From positions 50,347 to 70,346 of the forward strand of contig JYFJ02001747.1 of assembly GCA_000934665.2 (NCBI GenBank): DNA of 20,000 nucleotides, read 5' to 3'. Position 1 is the first letter of the stretch, and every line of letters starts with the position of its first letter. This document shows positions 1 to 10,100 of this stretch, piece after piece. This stretch comes from Catajapyx aquilonaris (taxonomy: Eukaryota). The notes under the pieces were generated by a model. That model was not told the origin of the DNA. It saw only the letters and a program-made list of their open reading frames with translations, and ran no database searches. A program made the position numbers and the translations under genes.

Positions 1-1320
1 TCGGCTGCTGTGATATTAGTCAAAGCTACCGCAATTTATCATTTACTAATAAACATGTTTTTAATTTGCATAACGCTCACAAAAATAGTATCGCCATTTA
101 AACTGCTCTTAAACACAATTAGTTGTTTACAGGTAACGAAAAGACAGATTACGCGAATAATGATCACCACTAGTGTTACGGTATATTTTCAAAGACATGA
201 GCTCGTGAAATTGGAGCTACACGTAGACGTCATTGCCGTATTATAAAGGTCACGGTACACTATAAAAGCATAATGTATTTTCCAGGCATAACATAGGGCA
301 GTATTCACATCTTGTTTGCGCATGAGTATATTGATCGGTGATTGTTATTATAATGTCTTTGAGACTTTTCCGATAAACAAAGTTCGAAACGCCGTGTGCC
401 TGCTTCTGTTCTCATTTTCAAAGTACAGTATATAGCAGTGTTCATATACGATACAGGTTAATTGGCAAACTAACTCACCAGTTCACGGTGGAACTATACA
501 AACCTGAACACCACGAACGTCGTTGTTTCACCGCCTCAGACCTCCAAGTGCATTAGTCATTAGGCCATTAAGATTAATGAACGAACAAGGAGGCGTAATT
601 ACTTTTAATTTGCCGACACAAGAGGAGGGTCAGCACGCTTTGAAATGCACACTTGAACCTCACATTTTCTGCAAAATCATGCTGATGACTGGAACACTTC
701 GGAGTCATTCTACTGCGGGTAATAAAAGAAATAGTCTCATTCACTCGATGTGAGAAGCACGTGCGGATGAAAGACATTTGTAAACAGCAACAATAACAAC
801 TGATTAGTTGCTTTCCCCCGTGCCCATTGGTAGAGATATGAAGAGTCGTTACATCTGCAACTGGAAGAAGCAACTGACTCTTATCCAGATTCAGGTGGTT
901 TTAATAACGCGATGGGTGACAGTATGGTAATCTTGACCCTCAAATGGAACTCCTGACTCCACTATTACATTACAAACTAAATCAATACATGGGCAATGTA
1001 ATATTTCATACACTTGAACAAACTCAGCCTTTTATTAATTTCAAACAGTTGACGACCAATATGAGTCAGTAAATTCTCCTGAAACTAATTTGTCTGGGAC
1101 AACATCTGATAACATCTCAGGTCCCACGTGCACTGTACCCTTTCAGGTGTCAAACTGGTGAAAGGCACCATTTAAAGTGCAAACTAATCATCTTAACTGA
1201 ATGCACCGGAACCACTAGCAGGGACTGGGTGTCGAATTTCAAGAGGTCAGAAATTTGTAACGGGACAGCAAAGGGTCATTAGGTTTGCCTTTTCTCGCCC
1301 CTCTGGCACCATGCTATGCG

Positions 1321-1369
1321 CAGCTGAGTCCTATATATACTGTTCACACTATACAAAATTAATCACATT
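1321..1369 (+). promoter_or_regulatory. Putative core promoter: E-box CAGCTG (1321-1326), TATA-like TATATATA (1332-1339), Inr-like TCACATT (1363-1369)
   Basis: TATA-to-Inr spacing is ~31-33 nt, directly upstream of the bHLH gene. Motif-level evidence only. Confidence 0.5.
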
Positions 1370-1419
1370 CTTGCATATGAACACCTGAAATACACAGCGA
1401 TCAGAGTCACTATTTCTGG

Positions 1420-1435
1420 ATGCAATTGTTTGAAG
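1420..1435 (+). CDS. Candidate first coding micro-exon (MQLFE + G), joining in frame to 1709 (G+CC = Ala)
   Basis: ATG lies ~55 nt downstream of the putative TSS. The phase-1 donor AG|gttgaa matches the phase needed at the 1708 acceptor, but the donor is weak. Confidence 0.35.
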
Positions 1436-1708
1436 GTTGAATGTAGAATTATTCCAAATTGATAGTTTGCTGATAATTAAATTTAATTGTACTTGCTCAT
1501 AACCCAATTTCGACACAGGTCGTGTAATCAGAATTTCGCATAATTTTTGCCATGGTTAAGATAAATATTTTGCCCGCCCATAAAAAATAACTGCTTACTC
1601 TCATAAGGCCACAAAGCTCGTTTGTTACCCACCACCCTAGATGGAAAAAAAAGTCCTCGCCAAAATAAACAGCTAAAAAACCGAAACAGGATCGTGGTTT
1701 CTTTTCAG

Positions 1709-2111
1709 CCGTGTCGAGAAATGAATCAAGCTACGATCCTCCGGAGAGCTTTGTGGGCGTGGGCATGATGGAACCTTTCGCCAGCAGCCCATCATCCCTG
1801 CTGCTGAAGGAAAAGGACGCAGTATCAGAGGCCAGTCTGGTGGCCTTGCTCTCGGTCCCGGTCTTACACCAGGAGACTTCCTTGTCGGAACACAATCACC
1901 AGGAACCCAACAACCGAAAGAGGAGAAAGACCGGTGGGAACAGGACGACCTGCTGGTACGACCAGGATTCGCCGCCACCGGTGACCATGAGTACGCTGAC
2001 TGGGGCAGCCCCTGGAAAGAACGGGGGGCAGAGGTGCACCAACGGGAAGGACGTGCAGTCTGGGAGGTACAGGTCACAGGCCAACGCCAGGGAGAGAGAC
2101 AGGACACACAG
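1709..2111 (+). CDS. TCF15: bHLH gene exon encoding the N-terminal region, a candidate NLS (RKRRK, 1915-1929) and the basic region; first in-frame ATG at 1765
   Basis: Acceptor tttcttttcag ends at 1708. The frame is open to [10 protein letters not shown]. Donor AG|gtaaat at 2111/2112 (phase 2). Confidence 0.88.
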
Positions 2112-4236
2112 GTAAATACAGGGTGGCGGATTGCCCAGGTACACTAGTTCAATAATGCTGGAGACTTGGGCACTGCACCATCCTGTATGTGAAGCACATT
2201 GTAATGCATGTTCCGACCTTGTGGGTTCAAGCAAATGTCGTTGCCTTTGACTGTGTAGAAACGACGATGATCGGCGCTGATACGTTGATCCAACCACAAC
2301 GATACAAAGACAACGATGCTTGTGTGTACCACAATATTTCAAAAGAGCAGCACGCACCGCAAATTCGTTCTTAGAGTCATGTTTTTGCAGTTGTCCAGGT
2401 TGGATTTAAAAAAATTAAAAACAGGCGTTGTTGACGGGCATATCATACGTAATTACGGGCAGTAAACAATCAGAGTGCCGTCAGCGCCATTGGACGCTCC
2501 TAACCATCCCCGAGGGCCTTGTTCAATTCAATCCGTTCTGTTGGAAAAGCCCCACGTTGTCATATAAACCGCATGTTTTTTCATTTATAATTTTTGCCAG
2601 CGAATTTGCCCGGGGTTAATGTTATACTGTCATATTGACTGATTCCATAGAGTTTTGGCCTTTTCAAAATCATGTGCTGTGTTTGGGCAAAAATATTGTA
2701 TCAGTAGCATATAGTTGTTGACAAAAATTTGGGAGGCTGGACATTTGCCCCCCACCCCCTTTGGCGTGGTTTTTCCTGTGCGGTCACTACGCAGCCCTCC
2801 TCGTGGCCTCCGCAGCGTGAACAGCGCCTTCACCACCTTGAGAACTTTAATCCCAACCGAACCAGCTGACCGGAAGCTCTCCAAAATCGAGACCCTTCGG
2901 TTGGCATCCAGCTACATCTCACATTTGGGTGCACAGCTTTTGGCAGGTTAGTTACTTCTTGCATTTCTCAAATTGTTGTGGTCAGGGATCAATCGTTGAC
3001 TAGCATTATTAATTAAGTTGGAGGAAAATACACAGTATTAATATCGGGTTAGATTAAATTTTCTTACTGCTAGTATATATCCATGTTTGTGAAAGACAAA
3101 AAAATGTGAAGGGCCTGTTGAAACGTTTGATATGTGGCATATAATTATCCTTGGTAGGGGGACAGTGGAAAGGGTTGGTTCAGAAAGTGTCTGTATAGCG
3201 TCAGTTGACAAGTGGAAGGGATCGAGTGAGGCTCATGTGCGGCGTGAAGTGAGATGGCCCACAATTCTTTAAAAAAAACTGACCCCCCCCCCCCCCAAGC
3301 CTTTGCATATCATCTNTACAACTTGTGCACGTTTTAACGCCTTTCCTGTTTCCCATCTGTTGGCCATTTTGCGCTACGTAACACTCAACATGATCCAGTT
3401 CCGAAAATATTTTCACAGCAATGCCTTAGGTCAAAACCTGTTGAGATTTATTCTTCACATGCAGACCAACTGTGTTCGCATTTTATTGGCTAGCAGTCTG
3501 AGAGAAACAGATTTTTTTGTGTAAAAAAATCACGAAGCACGTGTGTGATGCGGAACAAAGAGTCCATTTATGAAATTCTCAGTGGCATATTCCTCTGCAT
3601 TACAGGACATGTAGACCAACCATGTCTTCGTCCTGGGCAAGTTGGTTATTCGAATGAATCACCACGCCCTGTTTGTACCTTCTGTTTGTCAAGTATGAAG
3701 AAGATGGTAAGTACACTATTTTTCTAGCACTCACTCCCATCTCGTAACTTTACTCCAACAATATGAAATTTTGTGGCACGAATTGTAATGTAAGGCTTGA
3801 TTTTTGCTAATGATAAACGCTAATATGAACTGTCAGAAATTGGAGAATTATCTGTTTTATTATTTACACGGTGCTATAGTTATTTACATGAATGTTCGTC
3901 GGCGGTAAAGCGTTTTTTCTGCCTGCTTTTCCTCCACTGACAATGAAACCTACTGTACTTGTAACCATTTACAGCACAAAAGTCTGGGTTCTCAGACTTC
4001 ACTTTTTTTTCTACCAAAGAATGCCATGGAGCATTATAGTGGTAGAGCTTTGTCCAGAGACTCGTGACTGACTGAATCTAAATCCTTCTTTTCAGAAGAC
4101 AAGTCCTGATCCCTTCGCTTCGTATCACTCGCAGCCAATCCCTGTTTCCCAGGGAAACACTCTTCCTCCGCTGGCTTACGTCAAGCAGCAGCAGAGCAAC
4201 AAAACGACAGAAAAGCTGTGCACATATTTTTATTGA
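1765..4236 (+). CDS. TCF15: Paraxis/scleraxis (TCF15/SCX, twist superfamily) bHLH transcription factor; spliced CDS join(1765..2111,2816..2946,3606..3706,4096..4236), 720 nt, 239 aa
   Basis: Splicing at GT-AG sites with consistent phases (2,1,0) gives [52 protein letters not shown], near-identical to the paraxis/scleraxis bHLH as I recall it. The family C-terminal QPC and [10 protein letters not shown] motifs follow. TCF15 versus SCX orthology cannot be resolved by eye (probably a pro-orthologue), and the true start is uncertain. Confidence 0.93.
2816..2946 (+). CDS. TCF15: bHLH gene exon encoding helix 1-loop-helix 2
   Basis: Acceptor ctccgcag ends at 2815, and AG+C restores Ser. Encodes [43 protein letters not shown]. 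Donor G|gttagt at 2946/2947 (phase 1). Confidence 0.95.
3283..3296. repeat. Poly-C homopolymer (C14) in the intron after the HLH exon, close to an ambiguous base (N at 3316)
   Basis: Seen directly in the sequence. Confidence 0.9.
3606..3706 (+). CDS. TCF15: bHLH gene exon encoding the QPC and VCTFCLS C-terminal conserved motifs
   Basis: Acceptor ttcctctgcattacag ends at 3605, and G+GA gives Gly. Encodes [33 protein letters not shown]. Consensus donor ATG|gtaagt at 3706/3707 (phase 0). Confidence 0.92.
4096..4236 (+). CDS. TCF15: Probable terminal coding exon ([46 protein letters not shown])
   Basis: Branch-point-like ctgac repeats and acceptor tccttcttttcag end at 4095. The phase-0 frame is open for 46 codons to TGA at 4234-4236, followed by AT-rich UTR-like sequence. 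There is no homology support; a weaker alternative acceptor ends at 3974. Confidence 0.7.
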   Translation, partial: KTSPDPFASYHSQPIPVSQGNTLPPLAYVKQQQSNKTTEKLCTYFY

Positions 4237-4656
4237 CTCTTGTTCATCTCATGTTTTTTTGTATATAAAGTACCTGCACAGTCGTTGTACTTCAATTCCA
4301 CGCACCGTTATGCCCTTCCAGATCAGAGTTTGTGACTGTGTAATATTATTGCATGGGAAATTTTTTATTTGGAACTTGGATGTTGCAGTATTACTAGGTT
4401 GAAAATCATGTTGTTTCACTATACGTATGAGGAAGAAATGTTTTGAGAAAATGTTGTTTCGCAGACTACCTACTGAAACTTGTATTTGGACTGAAAGGCA
4501 TGGTGTAATTCATATTGCAGATCTCTTGATGCGACTTTAATGTTTATTCTTGGGACCACCAAAGGAATGATAACTTATCATTGTTATTATATGTAAGTGT
4601 ACTGTGCATGTGACTCCAACAAACATCTCCACGTGGCATTATCACTTAAATGTGTA

Positions 4657-4662
4657 AATAAA
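4657..4662 (+). terminator. Putative polyadenylation signal AATAAA of the bHLH gene
   Basis: First canonical AATAAA I found after the stop codon, ~420 nt into an AT/GT-rich 3' region. Confidence 0.5.
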
Positions 4663-5599
4663 TCATTATGCGTGAAGCGTAATTAGAAAAGGTGACTGTC
4701 CAATTGGGCAAAAAATGGCATTAATGCAACCTTCACAGAAAGCTGGCATGTGTGAAATATTAGTTGAGAACCTGCATCGCTTGTCAAGAGGAGTATGTCT
4801 GTGAGCAGTGGTAAGTACTGTATGCACTATCCGTGATAGATGCAGTAGAAGGGAAAATAGCATGTTATTGATAGTTTAATGCCTGTTTAACAAAGGCGAA
4901 CACTGGTATTTAAAAAAAATGTTGACTCAAAATTGGCACTTTGGTATAAAGTCAGGCGATGATGTGTAATTATTAGAATCTGCTCCATCACCAAGGTTCA
5001 AAATGAATGCTCTATACAGCATAGGTACCATTAGAGAGCCCTTGGGCTGGAAAAGAAGGTACAGTACTACACTTACATTCGACTTGAACAAGCCGAAATG
5101 AGTTTTTTTTTTTGGTATTTTCCAGTTTTGGCCTTACATTCAGTAGAAGGGTAGAGCAATTGACGTTGAATGAGGAAGTAGCTAAAACGGCAAATTGTAA
5201 AATTTAGGAGAGAGTCAAGATCGATCATTTCGTATCAAAATGTGGCTGTCCTGATTCTCCTGAAAGTTACGCCACATGACATTTGATAGAAAATATCAGA
5301 CTATGTACCCTACCCTACCCGAGGGGCAGTTGTGTCGTGCAGCGTCCAGACGTAGTCACGAATGTAAGGCTACGCACTAATTTCTGACATATAGACCTAT
5401 CAGAATCAAAATGATTTCGATACGTGACATTTTGGCCCTATAGGAAATTTTTCATTCACTTTTAAAATAGGGGAGCGTAAATAGACTGAAATTAATTTGA
5501 CCGTCAAAAAACATAAACCAAGCTGCAAGAAAACAGGTATGCAAAGAAATGGCTATGCGGTATATATATATTTTTAAATGCTTTTCGCCTGTATAATAT

Positions 5600-5652
5600 A
5601 CTGCAATCTGTACCGTGTACGTACCAGGTACGTACAGTACAGTCATGGCAGT
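5600..5652. repeat. GTAC-rich imperfect inverted repeat (core TGTACGTACC-A-GGTACGTACA, 5616-5636)
   Basis: Perfect 10-bp arms, extended by CTGTAC/GTACAG and ACTGCAAT/ATGGCAGT with small bulges. Confidence 0.8.
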
Positions 5653-8600
5653 GCAGAGAGTATCAATTTGGACACCAGGTGGTACTATAGCCTTCCTCAG
5701 GGACCATAGTTCAAGAAACATCCCACAGATGCTGCCATCATACCAGCAGGAGCTTCACAGGCTGGGTCCCTGGAACAAAACCAACCCCAGCAAGGCGCCC
5801 ATAATGCCGTGTCCACAAGTTTTCCACGCACAGGTGCATACACGCATATATTTGATAGCGCCGTTTAATCCGTCGACCGTGAGAACCAGAGACCCCTGCT
5901 GCGTGACAGGCGTCCCTTTTTTTAAAAATGTCACTGTTGGTTTGCCGGAGATGTTGGCAGCTCCATTGGATTATTTCTGGTTGTCATTTGTCTGGGGAGG
6001 ATCCCTTCCACTTTCGTCCGAGACAAAAGGGCCCTGCATCGGATGTTTCAATTAGGCCCGCTCTTGTGGCACGTCCATTCATCAAGCCTCCCCACCACCA
6101 CTGATACCACCGCAGATCTTCTCTGGGATAGACTCCCAGTGATTTATTTTGCCTAATGGCGGGCGTCCAATACCTTGTAATTACCTCCGACCTCTGATGG
6201 GACCTTTTTTTTTATCCACAAAACAACTCGAGATATATCTTGGATTCCGGGACTCGTCCTTTTTTTTGTACACATTTGGACTGGTAAAATTCCGAGATGG
6301 AAAAGCCTAATATGAAGGCATGACTAATTTCCCCCCAACACATCATCAGTTGTCATCTCAACTGGAATAATTCCCCGACAATGTCACGAAGTGGGCCCAG
6401 CTGCCTCTCTCAGCTATGATGGATGAGGGTCATCCAGGATGTCATTTGGGTGACCTCCGACCAACTCTCGGAGATGAGTTTCCCCCTGTGGGTCACCGTG
6501 TCTCAACTTTCTGTGACAACAGGATTACGCGACCAGACAACACCATAAAGTGCTAGCCAACCGCCATAACTCGCATCGAGTGGCTCATATACGCACAGTA
6601 CATCGTAATGAGTCTAATTACAAAGAGAATGTTGCAAAAATGCTATATAACTGATGGTTCAGGTGAGTCATAACGTGCTCAAATTATGTACCGAGCAATA
6701 TGGGCAACGTGTCGCAAGAAGTCGTGTGAATTCGCTTGACACGTGGACAGAAAGAGTGTCAAGGAAGAGGAGACTTCGTGATTGGCCGGCCAATTAAAGG
6801 TGTTCTGTGCAAAAAGCGGCCAGGTCTCCCGGTGGCACATGATTATAATTCAAACAATTTCATTTTACGACAATGGAAGCCCCTGCATTATACGACATAA
6901 AGAATTGGAGGACCATAAAACTGCTATACCAGACAAGCTTATTAAGACATGGTCACATCTTAATAAGAAGACTCTAGACATGAAATATGAGCGATAACGA
7001 TAGGGTTACCCCCTCACCAAGTAAGCCATTGCTCAGGTGTTTGGATCTAATGAGCCCCGAACCGCATTGTGGGTCACCACTCTAGAGGGCATAATTCACC
7101 AATCAGCCGAACATAAATCCATTGGTGCATGTATGTATTTGAACCAAGGAATCCGGAGGTAGGAATGTGACGGCTCCCGACTGAATACTAATTGAAGAGT
7201 AATTATCCACGTTACCGGTTTATAGCCCGGTTTTACGAGACGATCGTGGCCGTCAACGTCGCGGGTTTGTACGAATCAAAACCTGTGCAGCTCCCTACTT
7301 TTGCTCGATATTAACTGAAATCGAGCGGGGAAACAGCTGGGGATGGAATCGATAACGGTAATCAAGTCGTTAAATGACTTTTGTCTAAAGGTTGCCGCCA
7401 CTTTGTGTTTTATATTCCTTTCCTCTGCCATTCGCTCCTTCATATCTCCCACAGCTGCCAGACCTCTATAAAGAATTTTTATTTCCCCTCCCTACGCGAC
7501 ATAAACCCGCTCTTTATCCGCACTTTGGACACGCTTTAACAGCCTTACGACACATCCTTACACTTACGACACACACAAAAAGAGGCGACGAGACATCGGC
7601 AAGGTCTGCCAGAAGCAACACGAGGCACATTGCTCGTGCGATAATTTTTTAAACAAAATTTCTACTTGGCTGTTTCCTGTTTGAGTAGGAAGTTTGTGCT
7701 CTCTGCAGACACATTTTAAGCGTGTCAATATTGACCCAGAGTCGGTCAGTACAGCAAACATGGCGCTGAGAGAAAGATTTTCCCGCTGCTTAAATAAATG
7801 GGGGACGACTCTGGGAATGGACGAGTTGTGTCTGAAAGGAATTAAACAAGCTCGTAAAAACCGCGACACATTCTTCTTCTTGGGAACAGAAAATGAAAAC
7901 CAAATGTTGCCAATTAGACCTACTTCTAAATGACGTTTTATACCTAATGCAACCGATAGTGAAATTGTTCCATAATCCTGTGTAGTCCCTATTAATTCTT
8001 GGTCGTAATCCTATCAAGTTGGAATTGGATACCATTAATATTACGACACAGTGCTTAGTAATAAATCTGAGCTTGTTTCCTCGGCATTATATTGCCAGCA
8101 GCAGGCACGTAAATCGCAGCTGGAGGAAGCTGCTGGATGGACCTCCCATCTGCCCTATTATCTCGCTTCAACGGCGGCTTCTTCCTATACGTGAGGTTAC
8201 TCCAGGGTGAATGAGGAATGCTCGTGGCATTCTTCCTCCACAGCAGCATGTGAGCTGGTTGGCTCCCATTATTACAATGCCCAAAGTTATGCAAGGGCGC
8301 CTTGTGTTTCAACTCCGAAGCTAATGAATCAATATTTGGTTAGTGTATCTTGGACCGGAAAAAATGTACATCCGTTTGATGCACTGTACAACGAAAACGA
8401 ATTATATAGACTGTTCACTCTAGCAACCAGTGAGACGTAATAATCACAACAAGTGGACGTTCCTGATTGTTCCTTCCAGACTGGACATAATTTCCTTTCT
8501 CTAGACTTTGGACTGGGAAATTGGACAGTGAATCACAGCATATGTTGTAATTTCTTTACAGTATATTGTGGATAAAATATTGAGGTGCCAACCGAGGGTA

Positions 8601-10088
8601 GTAATGTGTAAGATGCTTGGAATTAATGTCTAAGAGAAAGTAACGAGGTGTCACCCTTCTTTGCGGTGAAAAAGTCACTTGATTGGAGGAGTTTAATACA
8701 TTGTGCTCTCCAGCATTTCTGGAGGGCAAATAACAATTTCCGTACCGAATTTATAAGAATTATTTAATAAGTATGGTATTTCCAAACTGTATAGGACATA
8801 ATTATCTACTCTTAGAACTACCGTTGTTGAGAGTCTTTCTCGGCCGTGGTCATCATTGTCACTGTACCTTCAGCAGTCCCCATGTCTTATACAGTAGTTT
8901 CTTATAAATACAATATTCTGAAATAAATCGATATTTGCTCACACTTTCTGTTCAAATGTCTTTGACATCGCTATGTAAAATAATTGTTCGCAATTTTCTG
9001 AATTGCACACTTTCATGCTTACGGGAGCATTATGTATTATAAATCAATGCATACGTCCGTGGGAATTGTAATAAATTGCAATAAGTATAGGTTTACTTTT
9101 CAAAAAATTACCCGCGCGGTAAGAACGTTTCACATTTTACAGCCCCTTCAAAACTTCGTGTCTACATGCGTGGGTGGTTTTAACTTCAAGAAAGTGTGGA
9201 GCATATATACCCACAATTGGCTGCACGCCTTGGCTCCAAGTTATGATGCCGATGCATGCGCATTCCTATCCGGAGTACATTTCGATGTCAACGTCAAAAA
9301 CCACAAGTTTTCACCAATGCAGAACGATCGACACCTAACAGTTACCCCCCAGTGATATTTGGTGCCCCTTAAACCACGCAATGATATAATCCTTCGAGTT
9401 CCAGGGAGGATTTATGGCTTTACCTTGGCGACAAGTGGGTCGAGCAGGGCGAGGTGGACAGTTGCAGTTATGTCCACTTTACTACTTACTACTGCCGAAT
9501 GCGACAGCGACCTCAATCGCGACAATTTATTCCGTACCGATTTCACTGTTAATGCCCACCATTTCCTTTCCTAATGGAGGAAAATCTACACTTATACGCT
9601 ATTGGACTTGAAACGATCACTTTCTTGCCCGTATATATTATTGGTTGTGTCATGCTGACCAGAAGATGATGACGTAGGAGAAAATATTGATATGTAACTG
9701 GTACCTCCCCCTCTCATGAATATGCATCTAGCAATGCTACAACATGTCAATGCAGTGAATGTAGTCTGATTAAGGACGTTATTAACTCAGAGAAAAATAA
9801 TCATCAGCATGTAAAAGAGCCACCTAATGGATTCCACTAATGATAAATATTCCGCAGCATTGCAAATCATTCTGACAGTAAATTCATCTCTAATTATTTG
9901 CAAGTATGCACCATCGCAATTATAAAACCAGTTAGCGGATGCCATTACACATTTCTTTAAAATTCCACGACCATGACACCACATTTTAGACAATTTTTCC
10001 CCCAGTGTCCTCCTTTCACCCATATTGTCACATTCTGGACCACACATACCCACCGAAAATGTCGTTCATAAAGTTTCGATAGAAGGAT

Positions 10089-10100
10089 AGAGAGAGAGAG
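10089..10100. repeat. (AG)6 microsatellite within a purine-rich tract
   Basis: Seen directly in the sequence. Confidence 0.8.

Noticed and set aside
768..815. TGAAAGACAT matching the 5' end of miR-71
   Set aside because: The rest of the mature sequence diverges and the fold-back is poor.
1552..1560. GCCATG|gttaag as a start-codon exon
   Set aside because: A phase-0 join to 1709 enters the uORF frame and stops at 1768.
1673..2357. Minus-strand ORFs 1673..2107 and 1896..2357
   Set aside because: Antisense shadows of the GC-rich coding exon, with no recognisable domain.
3975..4067. Alternative terminal exon after acceptor catttacag (HKSLGSQ...SRDS*)
   Set aside because: Weaker pyrimidine tract than the 4095 acceptor; not excluded, but unsupported.
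5615..6560. ORF 5615..6055 and downstream frames with RT-like words (KTNPSKAP, FNPS, RSCGT, ISTG..P.Q..GP)
   Set aside because: No invariant RT motif is intact. I could produce similar eyeball LINE matches in the intronic ORF 3303..3524 and in 574..873, so the method is not specific.
7694..9450. Scattered LINE ORF2-like words (INLSL, HSSSTA..ELV, FD.L..E, LHALAPSY)
   Set aside because: Spread over several frames without catalytic motifs; cannot be told apart from chance without a profile search.
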